From an uncultured Clostridia bacterium (GTDB lineage: Bacteria; Bacillota; Clostridia; Christensenellales; Aristaeellaceae), in assembly GCA_937907055.1 (NCBI GenBank), contig CALCTW010000112.1, positions 1 to 20,948 on the forward strand: a stretch of 20,948 bases of DNA. The letters run 5' to 3'. This document shows, piece by piece, positions 6,915-15,537 of the stretch. The position numbers were made by a program, and so were the translations under genes. Position 1 is the first letter of the stretch, and every line of letters starts with the position of its first letter. The notes beneath the pieces were generated by a model that was given only the letters and a program-made list of their open reading frames with translations, made no database searches and was not told where the DNA came from.

Positions 6915-8129
6915 ATGAAAATGATCAGCGGCGGCATCTGTGCCGCGAAGGGATTTACTGCAAACGGTGTCTGGTGCGGCATTCGCAAGAACAAGACCAA
7001 GAGAGATCTGGCTCTGATCTATTCCGAGGTTCCCGCTGCTGCCGCGGCGGTCTATACCACCAATCTCGTCAAGGGCGCGCCCCTGACGGTCACAAAGAAG
7101 CATATTGCCGACGGCACCGCGCAGGCGGTCATCTGCAACAGCGGCAATGCCAATACCTGCAATGCCAACGGCATTGAGATCGCGGAGCAGACAAGCGCTC
7201 TGCTCGCGGAAAAGCTCGGCATCGCGCCGGAAATGGTCGTTGTCGGCTCCACCGGTGTCATCGGTCAGCCCATGAGCATTGAGCCCTTCGCGGAGCATAT
7301 GCAGGAGCTGGTGGATGGTCTGACGGCTGATGGCTCTGCTCTCGCGGCGGAAGCTATCATGACCACCGATACGGTCATGAAGGAGATCGCGGTGGAGTTT
7401 GAACTGTCCGGTGTCACCTGCCGTATCGGCGGTATTGCCAAGGGCAGCGGTATGATCCACCCCAATCTGGCCACCATGCTGGTCTATATCACCACCGATG
7501 CCGCCATCTCCGCGCCCATGCTGCAGAAGGCGCTTTCCGGTGATGTGCAGAATACCTTCAACATGACCAGCGTGGACGGAGACACCTCCACCAACGATAA
7601 TGTGGTCATTCTGGCCAATGGCATGGCGGGCAATCCCGTCGTGGATCAGGATGGTCCTGATATGCAGGCCTTCATGAAAGCGCTGAATACGGTCACGGTA
7701 TATCTCTGCCGCCGGATCGCCGGTGACGGCGAAGGCGCTACCCGTCTGCTGGAATGCAGTGTCAAGGGTGCCGCCGATGATAAGACGGCCAAGACGGTCG
7801 CCAAGAGCGTTATCTGCTCCAGCCTGCTCAAGGCCGCCATGTTCGGCGCGGATGCCAACTGGGGCCGCGTGCTGTGCGCCATCGGCTACAGCGGCGCGGA
7901 TGTTGATGTCGAAAAGATCGATGTCTCTTTTGAAAGCGCGAAGGGCCGCGTGGATGTATGCAGGATGGGCTCCGGCATTCCCTTCAGCGAGGAGATCGCC
8001 AAGGAGATCCTGCTGGAGAAGGAGATCGGCATTCTCATCGATCTCCATTCCGGCGATGCCGATGCTACGGCCTGGGGCTGCGATCTGACCTACGATTATG
8101 TCAAGATCAACGGTGACTACCGCACCTGA
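6915..8129 (+). CDS. argJ: Bifunctional ornithine acetyltransferase / N-acetylglutamate synthase
   Basis: GGICAAKGF, the autoprocessing-site context GMIHPNLATMLVYITTDA, and the end motif DLTYDYVKINGDYRT. ATG at 6915 is preferred because AAGGAG (6901-6906) lies 8 nt upstream. Confidence 0.92.
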   Translation: MKMISGGICAAKGFTANGVWCGIRKNKTKRDLALIYSEVPAAAAAVYTTNLVKGAPLTVTKKHIADGTAQAVICNSGNANTCNANGIEIAEQTSALLAEKLGIAPEMVVVGSTGVIGQPMSIEPFAEHMQELVDGLTADGSALAAEAIMTTDTVMKEIAVEFELSGVTCRIGGIAKGSGMIHPNLATMLVYITTDAAISAPMLQKALSGDVQNTFNMTSVDGDTSTNDNVVILANGMAGNPVVDQDGPDMQAFMKALNTVTVYLCRRIAGDGEGATRLLECSVKGAADDKTAKTVAKSVICSSLLKAAMFGADANWGRVLCAIGYSGADVDVEKIDVSFESAKGRVDVCRMGSGIPFSEEIAKEILLEKEIGILIDLHSGDADATAWGCDLTYDYVKINGDYRT

Positions 8130-8181
8130 TCAGAAAGCTCCGGTCATACGATCCGATAATACAAAAAGAAGGAATATCACG

Positions 8182-9051
8182 ATGGAAACACTTTTCTCTA
8201 ACGCGCAGCGCGCGGAGATCCTCACGCAGGCGCTTCCCTATATCAAGCGCTATAACGGCAAGATCGTCGTGGTCAAGTACGGCGGCAACGCCATGGTCAA
8301 TGAAGAACTCAAGCAGCAGGTGATGGAGGACATCGTTCTGCTGCACACCATCGGTGTCAAGGTGGTGCTGGTGCACGGCGGCGGCCCCGAGATCAATGAT
8401 CTGATGAACCGTCTGGGCAAGAAGCCTGAATTCGTGGACGGTCTTCGTGTCACGGATAAAGAGACCGTGGATATCGTACAGATGGTGCTGGCCGGCAAGG
8501 TGAACAAGACCCTTGTCAACCTCCTTGAGATGAAGGGCGGCCGCGCCATCGGTCTTTCCGGTATGGACGGCAGGCTCATCGAGGCCCAGATCAAGGATGA
8601 ACGCCTTGGCTTCGTGGGCACCGTCACCAAGATCCACATCCGTCCGGTGATGGATCTGCTCAATAACGGCTACATCCCCGTCATTTCCACCATCGGCTGC
8701 GATAAGCAGGGCAATGCCTATAATATCAACGGCGATACCGCTGCCGCGTTTATCGCGGGCGCCCTGAATGCCGAGCGTCTCATCATGATGACCGATATTG
8801 CCGGCCTTCTGCGGGATAAGGATGATCCCTCCACCCTCATCAAGGAAGTCAGCGTTCAGGAATGCGCGCAGCTGAAGGCGGATGGTGTCATTTCCGGCGG
8901 CATGATCCCCAAAGTAGAATGCTGCACCACTGCCATCGAAAAGGGTGTGAAGAATGTGGTCATCATGGATGGCCGTGTGCCGCACTCCATTCTGATGGAG
9001 CTCCTTACCGATGAAGGCGCCGGTACCATGGTCACAGGAGGAAACGCATGA
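8182..9051 (+). CDS. argB: Acetylglutamate kinase
   Basis: LPYIKRYNGKIVVVKYGGNAM, VLVHGGGPEI, NINGDTAA and MTDIAGL are amino-acid-kinase family motifs. ATG at 8182 follows AGAAGGAA. The stop overlaps the argD start (ATGA at 9048-9051). Confidence 0.92.
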   Translation: METLFSNAQRAEILTQALPYIKRYNGKIVVVKYGGNAMVNEELKQQVMEDIVLLHTIGVKVVLVHGGGPEINDLMNRLGKKPEFVDGLRVTDKETVDIVQMVLAGKVNKTLVNLLEMKGGRAIGLSGMDGRLIEAQIKDERLGFVGTVTKIHIRPVMDLLNNGYIPVISTIGCDKQGNAYNINGDTAAAFIAGALNAERLIMMTDIAGLLRDKDDPSTLIKEVSVQECAQLKADGVISGGMIPKVECCTTAIEKGVKNVVIMDGRVPHSILMELLTDEGAGTMVTGGNA

Positions 9052-10205
9052 GCATCAGGGAAATCGATCAGCAGTACGTTGCCGGGACCTATAACCGCTT
9101 TCCTGTGCAGATCGTGAGCGGCAAGGGTTCTCTTGTCTATGATGAGAACGGCAAGGAATATATCGACATGGGCAGCGGCATTGCCGTGACCTCCTTCGGC
9201 ATTGCCGATGAGAAGTGGCAGCAGGCCGTGACCGAACAGATCGGTAAGGTCCAGCACATGTCCAATCTTTATTACACCGAGCCCTGCGCCCTGTTGGCTC
9301 AGGCTCTTTGTCAGAAGACCGGCATGAAGAAGGTCTTCTTCGGCAACAGCGGCGCTGAAGCCAACGAGTGCGCCATCAAGGTGGCACGCAAGTACGCGGC
9401 GGATCATTACGGCGCCGATCGCTATACCATCGTCACCATGAATAATTCCTTCCACGGCCGCACGCTGACCACCCTCGCGGCGACCGGTCAGGATCATTAT
9501 CATGAGCTTTTCCAGCCGCTTACGCCCGGCTTTGCTTCTATTTCCACTTTGGATGAGCTGAAGGCCATCCATGCCGCGACTTCCGTCGCCGGTATCCTCT
9601 TTGAGGTGGTGCAGGGTGAAGGCGGCGTTCTGCCGCTGGATCCGGCTTTCCTTCGTGAGATGGTCGCCTTCGCCAAAGAAAATGATATCATCACCATGGT
9701 CGATGAAGTGCAGACCGGTAACGGCCGCTGCGGCCAGATGTACGCCTATATGAATCTGGGCATCGAACCGGATGTCGTTTCCACCGCCAAGGGTCTTGCG
9801 GGCGGTCTGCCGCTCGGTGCCTGCCTGCTTTCCGAAAAAGTGCAGAATGTGCTGGGCTTCGGGGATCATGGTTCCACCTTCGGCGGCAATCCGGTCAGCT
9901 GCGCGGCGGCGCTCTCGATCGTTGACCGTCTGGATGACGCCCTCTTTGCCGATGTCCGTGCCAAGAGCGATTTTATCTTCAAGTCCTTTGAAGGCGCGTC
10001 CGGTGTCGAGGCCGTCAGCGGTATGGGTCTCATGATCGGCATCAAGACTGTCAAACCCGCCGGAGCCATTGTCAAGGCCTGTATGGAGCAGGGTGTTCTC
10101 TGCCTGACTGCCAAGGATAAGGTTCGTCTGCTGCCCGCGCTCAACATCCCCATGGATGTGCTCGCGAAGGCAGTTGCGATCATCAAGTCCTGCTGTGCTG
10201 AATGA
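9048..10205 (+). CDS. argD: Acetylornithine aminotransferase (class III PLP aminotransferase)
   Basis: NSGAEANECAIKVARKY, SFHGRT, DEVQTGNGRCG and TAKGLAGGLPLGA (PLP-lysine context). AGGAGG SD at 9033-9038. Translationally coupled to argB. Confidence 0.9.
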   Translation: MSIREIDQQYVAGTYNRFPVQIVSGKGSLVYDENGKEYIDMGSGIAVTSFGIADEKWQQAVTEQIGKVQHMSNLYYTEPCALLAQALCQKTGMKKVFFGNSGAEANECAIKVARKYAADHYGADRYTIVTMNNSFHGRTLTTLAATGQDHYHELFQPLTPGFASISTLDELKAIHAATSVAGILFEVVQGEGGVLPLDPAFLREMVAFAKENDIITMVDEVQTGNGRCGQMYAYMNLGIEPDVVSTAKGLAGGLPLGACLLSEKVQNVLGFGDHGSTFGGNPVSCAAALSIVDRLDDALFADVRAKSDFIFKSFEGASGVEAVSGMGLMIGIKTVKPAGAIVKACMEQGVLCLTAKDKVRLLPALNIPMDVLAKAVAIIKSCCAE

Positions 10206-10218
10206 TCTGAACAAACAG

Positions 10219-10256
10219 AAAGACCGCGCCGGAGCGATTCCAGCGCGGTCTTTTGT
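10219..10256. terminator. Bidirectional Rho-independent terminator between convergent argD and the HAD gene
   Basis: Stem aaagaccgcgc (10219-10229) / gcgcggtcttt (10243-10253). T-run on the plus strand (10251-10254); the minus-strand side is T-rich (ttctgtttgt). Confidence 0.8.
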
Positions 10257-10275
10257 TATACAGAGTGTCTGATCT

Positions 10276-11157
10276 TCAGTCTGCCGGTCCCTGAACACCT
10301 TCGGCTGCCGCGGCTTCGTTCACCAGACGGCGGCTGAGCACGGCGTTCTTATGACGGGCCGATACCAGATCCAGAATGCCGAATACGATCTGTTCCATCT
10401 CGCTGCCCTCGCTGTAATCCGTGGGGGCGGCGAATTTTACACGGCCATGGATCAGCATGTTGTTGACGGTGTGGTTCCTTTCACCGGTGTACACGGCAAT
10501 GGAATGACCGCCGCGTGTGGTCACCAGCTTCATGCAGGGAATATCGGTCGATCCGTCGCCGATGTAGATCATGTGGTCATAGGGGACACGGCGCATATCG
10601 TGGGGCGTGTGCTCGTTCAGGTTTTTGCTGTCCGTCACATCCAGCACACCCTTGTTGATGCGGTAAATGAACTGTGTTTTGGTGGTATAGTTCACGGCCA
10701 TCGCGGCCCATTCCGGTTCGCCGGACTGCTCGTTATATACATACTCAGCGGCGTAGATCTCTTTGAATTCGTGCGCGATCGGAGTGCCTTCAATGATCTC
10801 CTTCTGGCCGCTGGAAAGAATGTAGTGCTCCACATCAAAGCCCAGTTTCCTGCCGTATTCATTGATACGCTCAAACCAGGTGGTCACGCCGGGAAACAGC
10901 TTCACCTGTTCGCCCATCCGGCGGAAGGTGTCGCGGGTCAGCTTCATGCCGCGCTTCTTCGCTTCCACCAGCATCACATACATATAGGCCAGAATGCCGT
11001 CCATATGGTGCTTGTCACCCACCTTGCTGCACAGCTTCCAGAATTCCTCTCCCTCCATGCCCAGTTCGGGAATGAACGCGTATTCCTGCATATCGCGGGG
11101 AGAAAGCGTATGATCAAAATCATACATCAGAGCGATGATCGGGCGTTTCTCACACAT
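10276..11157 (-). CDS. HAD-superfamily hydrolase (293 aa, large cap)
   Basis: Motif I MYDFDHTL (DxDxT) and motif IV IGDGSTDIPCM. AGGAGG SD (complement of 11166-11171) lies 8 nt upstream of the ATG. Confidence 0.82.
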   Translation of the reverse strand: MCEKRPIIALMYDFDHTLSPRDMQEYAFIPELGMEGEEFWKLCSKVGDKHHMDGILAYMYVMLVEAKKRGMKLTRDTFRRMGEQVKLFPGVTTWFERINEYGRKLGFDVEHYILSSGQKEIIEGTPIAHEFKEIYAAEYVYNEQSGEPEWAAMAVNYTTKTQFIYRINKGVLDVTDSKNLNEHTPHDMRRVPYDHMIYIGDGSTDIPCMKLVTTRGGHSIAVYTGERNHTVNNMLIHGRVKFAAPTDYSEGSEMEQIVFGILDLVSARHKNAVLSRRLVNEAAAAEGVQGPAD

Positions 11158-11176
11158 ATGAAATACCTCCTGTAAC

Positions 11177-11212
11177 GATTTGAATCATATCAAATCTTGC
11201 GGGGTGTGTCAA
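11177..11212 (-). promoter_or_regulatory. Near-consensus minus-strand promoter with a palindrome centred on its -10
   Basis: Minus strand: TTGACA (complement of 11207-11212), 17-nt spacer, TATGAT (complement of 11184-11189). The palindrome GATTTGA-N6-TCAAATC (11177-11196) brackets the -10. The implied leader before the SD is very short, which lowers confidence. Confidence 0.45.
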
Positions 11213-11326
11213 TCATCGGGGAGGCCGAAAATAACGGATCAATAAAGGATTTTTCGTGCTTCGGAGCGAAAAAAAAGATATGCAAAGCGGTACGCGCCGC
11301 CTGATCGGCGCAAGGAGGAATGTTTC

Positions 11327-11983
11327 ATGATCCGGGGGGTCATTTTTGATATGGATGGTCTGCTTTTTGACAGCGAAGCGCCCGGCATTGAAGTGATGCT
11401 GGAGGCTGCCGCGCTGCAGAACGCGCCCGTCACACGGGAGGATGTGCTGTCCGGCATGGGCATGGCCTACCCGGAGGGCAAGGCCAATTATGAGGCGCGT
11501 GTCCCCGGCATCGATGCCGCGCGTCTGTACCGGGATTTTTCTCTTATCATGCGTGAACGCGCCGCGAGAGGGGAGATCCTTCTCAAAAAGGGCGCGCGCG
11601 CTCTGCTGGATCATCTTCACGCACTTGGGATCCCGTGCGCGCTGGCCTCCTCCAGCGGCATGGATGCCGTGATGCTGTATCTGAACAGTCAGGGCATCGC
11701 GGACAGGTTCCGGGTCATTCTCGGCGGTCCCAAGGGCGTTCCCAGTAAGCCGCGTCCGGATATTTTCCTGCTGGCGGCGGAAAAACTGGGCCTCGCGCCG
11801 GCAGATTGTCTGGTACTGGAGGACAGCTATAACGGTATCCGCGCCGGCCGTGCCGCCGGGATGACCGTGTGCATGGTGCCGGATCAGATCCCCTACCGGG
11901 AGGCGTTTTCCTGCTATGTGGATCTTGTCCTGCCCGATCTGGACGCCGTACGGGAAACTTATTTTTCAGATCAGGAGAATTGA
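11327..11983 (+). CDS. HAD-IA family phosphatase (beta-phosphoglucomutase / sugar-phosphatase-like)
   Basis: VIFDMDGLLFDSE (DxDG motif I), ASSS (motif II) and LEDSYNGIRAGRAAGM (motif IV). AAGGAGG SD at 11311-11317. Confidence 0.88.
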   Translation: MIRGVIFDMDGLLFDSEAPGIEVMLEAAALQNAPVTREDVLSGMGMAYPEGKANYEARVPGIDAARLYRDFSLIMRERAARGEILLKKGARALLDHLHALGIPCALASSSGMDAVMLYLNSQGIADRFRVILGGPKGVPSKPRPDIFLLAAEKLGLAPADCLVLEDSYNGIRAGRAAGMTVCMVPDQIPYREAFSCYVDLVLPDLDAVRETYFSDQEN

Positions 11984-11986
11984 TCA

Positions 11987-12463
11987 ATGGGTGTTTGTGT
12001 GCTTTGCGTCGGCAAGCTGAAGGAGCGTTTCTATCAGGATGCCGCCGCTGAATATATCAAAAGGCTTTCCCGATATACGAAGACGGAAGTCCTTGAGGTG
12101 CCCGATCTGCCGGAGCCTGCCAATGCCTCGGATGCCGATCGCGCGCAGGTCAAGGAAAAGGAAGGGAACGCGCTGCTTTCAAAGATCCGTCCGCAGGATC
12201 ATGTGATCGCCATGTGTATCGACGCGCCGCAGTATACCAGTGAGCAGATGGCCGGAAAGCTGCGCGCGGGGGAGATGAACGGCAGCCGTCTCGTGTTCGT
12301 CATCGGCGGCTCTCTGGGGCTTTCGGACGCGGTCATCCGCCGCGCGGATGAAAAGATGAGCATGAGCAAAATGACCTTTCCGCACGCGCTGGCCAGGGTG
12401 ATGCTGCTTGAGCAGATCTACCGCGGCTGCAAGATCAACAGCGGGGAGCGCTATCATAAATGA
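11987..12463 (+). CDS. rlmH: 23S rRNA (pseudouridine1915-N3)-methyltransferase, SPOUT family
   Basis: CVGKLKERFYQDAAAEYIKRLSRY, FVIGGSLGLS and MTFPHALARVMLLEQIYRGCKINSGERYHK are characteristic of RlmH. Confidence 0.92.
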   Translation: MGVCVLCVGKLKERFYQDAAAEYIKRLSRYTKTEVLEVPDLPEPANASDADRAQVKEKEGNALLSKIRPQDHVIAMCIDAPQYTSEQMAGKLRAGEMNGSRLVFVIGGSLGLSDAVIRRADEKMSMSKMTFPHALARVMLLEQIYRGCKINSGERYHK

Positions 12464-12581
12464 AGCACGCCTTTTCACGGGATCCCGGTCATGAAATCCA
12501 TAAAAAATACGTAAAAAGCGCAATAAACACGCTTGTTTTTTACAAGTATGTTACGATTCATAGTTGTATCCTGAAAAAAAT

Positions 12582-12590
12582 TGTGATAAT
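12582..12590 (+). promoter_or_regulatory. Candidate extended -10 element for the third HAD gene
   Basis: TGtGATAAT at 12582-12590 with no good -35. If it is used, the transcript would start near 12597. That favours the GTG at 12617 (GGGGGG SD at 12604-12609) over the ATG at 12602. Confidence 0.3.
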
Positions 12591-12601
12591 ATGAAAAGAG
12601 A

Positions 12602-13213
12602 ATGGGGGGATTCCACGTGGATGAAAGATTGCTGAGCAAACAGATCATCGTGTTTGATATCGGCGGTGTTCTTCTCCGGTGGGATCCGGCACACCTTTCG
12701 CAGGTCCTGCTGCCCGATGACACGCGTGACCGCCTGATGCCGGTCATGTTCGATCCCGGGTGGGAGTGGAGCCGGTTCGATCGCGGGACGGAGCCGAATG
12801 AGGTCATCGCGTGGGAGATCGCAACCCGGGCCGGTGTGCCGGAGGCGGAAGCCCATGTCCTCCGTTTTCTGCTCTCCTTCCACGAGCATTTGCCTCCGCT
12901 TCCGCTTAGCAAATGCATCGCGCCGCTGAGAGCAATGGGCAAAAAGGTCTACCTGCTCACCAACTATCCCCAGCCGTCATTCGATCTGGCGTACGCGCGC
13001 TTCTCCTTCCTGCGTGAAGCAGACGGGTTCGTCTGCAGCGCGAGTGAGAAAATTGCCAAGCCGGATGCCGCCATTTTCCGTCTCATCGCGGAGCGGTTCG
13101 GTTTTGATCCGGCGGATGCCATCTTTATCGATGACAGCGCGCCCAATATCGCGGCAGCCGCGGCGCAGGGGTTTGATGTGTGGCATTATCAGACGCCGCC
13201 CTGTGAAGAATGA
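12602..13213 (+). CDS. HAD-superfamily hydrolase (about 200 aa); the start is either ATG 12602 or GTG 12617
   Basis: IIVFDIGGVLLRWDP (motif I, with Gly in place of the second Asp), LLTNY (motif II) and FIDDSAPNIAAAAAQGF (motif IV). Confidence 0.82.
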   Translation: MGGFHVDERLLSKQIIVFDIGGVLLRWDPAHLSQVLLPDDTRDRLMPVMFDPGWEWSRFDRGTEPNEVIAWEIATRAGVPEAEAHVLRFLLSFHEHLPPLPLSKCIAPLRAMGKKVYLLTNYPQPSFDLAYARFSFLREADGFVCSASEKIAKPDAAIFRLIAERFGFDPADAIFIDDSAPNIAAAAAQGFDVWHYQTPPCEE

Positions 13214-13283
13214 ATCTTTCCTTTCCGGTCTGTTCCGATGGATCGGAAGCTGTCAAATATACCATCTTTGGGAGGTCTCAACG

Positions 13284-14717
13284 ATGCTGAAAAACAAAAA
13301 TTCAAAAGCGATCCTGATCGTGATGCTGCTGGTCCTTGTGCTGGCGGTGCTCACCGGCTGTGTTTTCACGCCGCCGGATGAGAATAACAACGATCCTTCC
13401 AACAATACAGGGGTCATTCCCACCATCAATGTCCCGACACAGGTGCCTACGCCCACGACCGGGGTCATCACGCTGGTCACCACGGCGCCGACAAATGCCG
13501 GTGTGATCCTGCTGACGACCAATACCCCTGTCCCGGTCAATACCATCCCGGTGGATCAGAGCACGCCTACTGTTTCGCCCACCTTCATCTCCATCACGGC
13601 CACGCCCAGCCCCACTCCGGCCAGCCTCAAACTGGGCGCTTCGGGCGAAGCTGTTCGCGATCTGCAGAAGAAACTGCAGGCGCTGGGCTTCTACAAGGGC
13701 AATGTCGACGGCGACTACGGCGCCGGTACCGAACAGGCCGTAAAGGACTTCCAGAAGCAGTATGGTCTGGACGCGGACGGCAAGGCAGGCAGCAAGACTC
13801 TCAGCATTTTGGCCACGGCCAAGTCCACCAAGAAGCCTACCCCCACGCCCACTCCCAAATACACGCCTACCCCCAAGCCCACCGCTACCCCCAAGGCGAA
13901 CAGCTACAGCAATACCTACCTCAAGCTGGGCGACAGCGGTTCCAAGGTCAAACAGATGCAGGAACGCCTGATCTCTCTGGGCTATCTCAGCGGCAAGGCG
14001 ACCGGCAACTTCGATTCTACCACCCAGAAGGCGGTCACTGCTTTCCAGCGGCGTAATACCAGCTATTCTGACGGCATTGCCGGTCCGGATACTCTGTCTG
14101 TGCTCTACAGCACCAAGGCCAAGGGTACTTCTACCTCTGCCGGCACCATCGGTGTCAGCTACCGCAATGGCGACAGCGGCGACAAGGTCAAGGCCATTCA
14201 GCAGAAACTGAAGGATCTGGGCTATTTCAAGGGCACCTGCACCGGTACCTTCGGTACACAGACGGAAGAAGCCGTCCGCGCTTTCCAGAAGAAGAACGGC
14301 CTGACAGCGGATGGTATCGTCGGCACGGGCACCATGGAGAAGCTTTATTCCTCCAATGCCGTCAAGGCAGGTCAGACGCCGACTCCCAAGCCCACCAAGA
14401 CCCCCACGCCCAGGCCCACCGCCACCGTGAAGCATACGCCCACCGTGCCGCCGAACACCTACGTGCGCGTCACCAAGTCCCCCAATCAGAAGTACATCAA
14501 CCTTTATGAGGGCAATTACGGTACGCCGGTCGAGGAACTGCAGCGCGCGCTGAAGAATCAGGGCTACTTCTCCGGTAACGTGGATGGCTACTATGGCGAG
14601 CAGACCACGGCTGCCGTTAAGCGGTTCCAGAAGGCCAAGGGCCTCACGCAGGATGGTATCGCAGGCTTCGCCACGCAGACCGTCTTGTTTGAAGGCGCTT
14701 TCCCGGAGGGATCCTGA
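13284..14717 (+). CDS. Lipoprotein (477 aa) made of four peptidoglycan-binding (PG_binding_1-like) repeats joined by Pro/Thr linkers; no recognisable catalytic domain
   Basis: GGGAGG SD at 13270-13275. Signal peptide with lipobox LTGC (Cys codon at 13359-13361). Four repeats of L-x-x-G-x-x-G-x-x-V-x-x-[LI]Q-x-x-L-x-x-LG[YF]...G-x-[YF][GD]-x-x-T-x-x-AV-x-x-FQ...DG[IK][AV]G. Linkers are KKPTPTPTPKYTPTPKPTATPK and TPTPKPTKTPTPRPTA. Confidence 0.85.
   Translation: MLKNKNSKAILIVMLLVLVLAVLTGCVFTPPDENNNDPSNNTGVIPTINVPTQVPTPTTGVITLVTTAPTNAGVILLTTNTPVPVNTIPVDQSTPTVSPTFISITATPSPTPASLKLGASGEAVRDLQKKLQALGFYKGNVDGDYGAGTEQAVKDFQKQYGLDADGKAGSKTLSILATAKSTKKPTPTPTPKYTPTPKPTATPKANSYSNTYLKLGDSGSKVKQMQERLISLGYLSGKATGNFDSTTQKAVTAFQRRNTSYSDGIAGPDTLSVLYSTKAKGTSTSAGTIGVSYRNGDSGDKVKAIQQKLKDLGYFKGTCTGTFGTQTEEAVRAFQKKNGLTADGIVGTGTMEKLYSSNAVKAGQTPTPKPTKTPTPRPTATVKHTPTVPPNTYVRVTKSPNQKYINLYEGNYGTPVEELQRALKNQGYFSGNVDGYYGEQTTAAVKRFQKAKGLTQDGIAGFATQTVLFEGAFPEGS
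13626..14690 (+). repeat. Four intragenic protein-domain repeats (about 62-64 codons each) at 13626-13811, 13920-14108, 14157-14348 and 14499-14690
   Basis: Read directly from the translated sequence: LKLGASGEAVRDLQKKLQALGFYKG..., LKLGDSGSKVKQMQERLISLGYLSG..., YRNGDSGDKVKAIQQKLKDLGYFKG..., LYEGNYGTPVEELQRALKNQGYFSG.... Confidence 0.85.
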
Positions 14718-14740
14718 TCAAAATCCAAACGCATAAACCT

Positions 14741-14775
14741 AAAGGGGCAGTCACCTGTGTGTCTGCCCCTTTTTA
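14741..14775 (+). terminator. Rho-independent terminator after the lipoprotein gene
   Basis: Stem aaaggggcag (14741-14750) / ctgccccttt (14763-14772), 12-nt loop, T-run 14770-14774. Confidence 0.8.
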
Positions 14776-14824
14776 AGAAAAAACGGAGGTCTGACCGGCC
14801 TCTGCCTGATCCGGAGGAATTCTG

Positions 14825-15523
14825 ATGAGCGAATCTGCAAAGCGGGTCGTATGTCCCGCCTGCCTTAAGACTTTTGAACAGACCGGCGCGGCGTTCTGCC
14901 CCTTCTGCGGCAAGGCGCTTCCGCAGCAGGCGGCGCCGGAGCAGGAGGACGGCCTGACGGAGGAAGCCCGCGCGCTACTGAAGAAAGCAGGCACGATCAC
15001 CAATCTTTATGAACGCCGCAAGGTGCTCTGGCAGGCGCGGGAGCTTTGCCCGGATAATCTGACCATTGAGACCGAATTGCTTTTCATCGGCAACATTCCC
15101 GAAAAGAAAAGGACACTTGATTTTTCCATCATCAAGAGTTATCTGCTGCATATGTATGTGGAGCCGAAGGAGGTCGGGGCAAAGAATTTCCCGGCCAACC
15201 GCGAGGAACTGCAGCACGGTGAGCAGCTTCGCCGCTGTCTCGCGCTCGCTTCCGATCCCGATGCCTATCTGCGCATGTATCTGAGCCGTCTCAGCGATGA
15301 ATACATCCGCATTTTCCTGAAGGAAAGCTCCCGCTATGTCCAGTCCTTCCTGTCCTTCCGCATCGGCAAACTGGATAAGCAGCTCGCGGTCCCGGTCAAT
15401 CGCATGCTCAGCAATATCAGCGCAGATACGGAACTGGAGCCGGAATTCCGTGCCCTGCTCGCGTCTGCTGTCCGCGGCGCGTATAAAACCATGTTCGGCA
15501 CTGATGAATGGCTGAACGCGTAA
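14825..15523 (+). CDS. Hypothetical protein (232 aa) with an N-terminal CxxC...CxxC zinc ribbon and a helical C-terminal domain
   Basis: GGAGG SD at 14813-14817. VCPACLKTFEQTGAAFCPFCGK is a four-Cys zinc-ribbon pattern. I do not recognise the rest of the protein. Confidence 0.65.
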   Translation: MSESAKRVVCPACLKTFEQTGAAFCPFCGKALPQQAAPEQEDGLTEEARALLKKAGTITNLYERRKVLWQARELCPDNLTIETELLFIGNIPEKKRTLDFSIIKSYLLHMYVEPKEVGAKNFPANREELQHGEQLRRCLALASDPDAYLRMYLSRLSDEYIRIFLKESSRYVQSFLSFRIGKLDKQLAVPVNRMLSNISADTELEPEFRALLASAVRGAYKTMFGTDEWLNA

Positions 15524-15537
15524 AGGAGAAAGCATTG

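Noticed and set aside
6837-10298. Minus-strand ORFs of 403, 292 and 480 aa (6837-8048, 8107-8985, 8856-10298) opposite argJ, argB and argD.
   Set aside because: They are antisense shadows of genes with unambiguous enzyme motifs. Their translations are compositionally skewed (G, D, R, H, A) and show no recognisable domains.
13233-13248. Palindrome TTCCGAT-GG-ATCGGAA upstream of the lipoprotein gene.
   Set aside because: It is a real 7-bp inverted repeat, but a 2-nt loop is too short for an RNA hairpin and I could place no convincing promoter around it. The evidence is too weak to call an operator.
13302-14435. 377-aa minus-strand ORF opposite the lipoprotein gene. The 13014-13283 N-terminal extension of the plus-strand ORF was also considered.
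   Set aside because: The minus ORF is a Gly/Arg-rich shadow. The upstream extension overlaps the 3' end of the HAD gene in another frame and is Arg/Ser-rich. The ATG at 13284 has a GGGAGG SD and opens a textbook lipoprotein signal peptide.
13840-14440. Repetitive CCCAC/CCCAAG-type DNA (13840-13905 and 14365-14440) that could be mistaken for a short repeat array.
   Set aside because: It is in frame and encodes the Pro/Thr/Lys linkers of the lipoprotein. It has no regular repeat-spacer periodicity, so it is not a CRISPR array.
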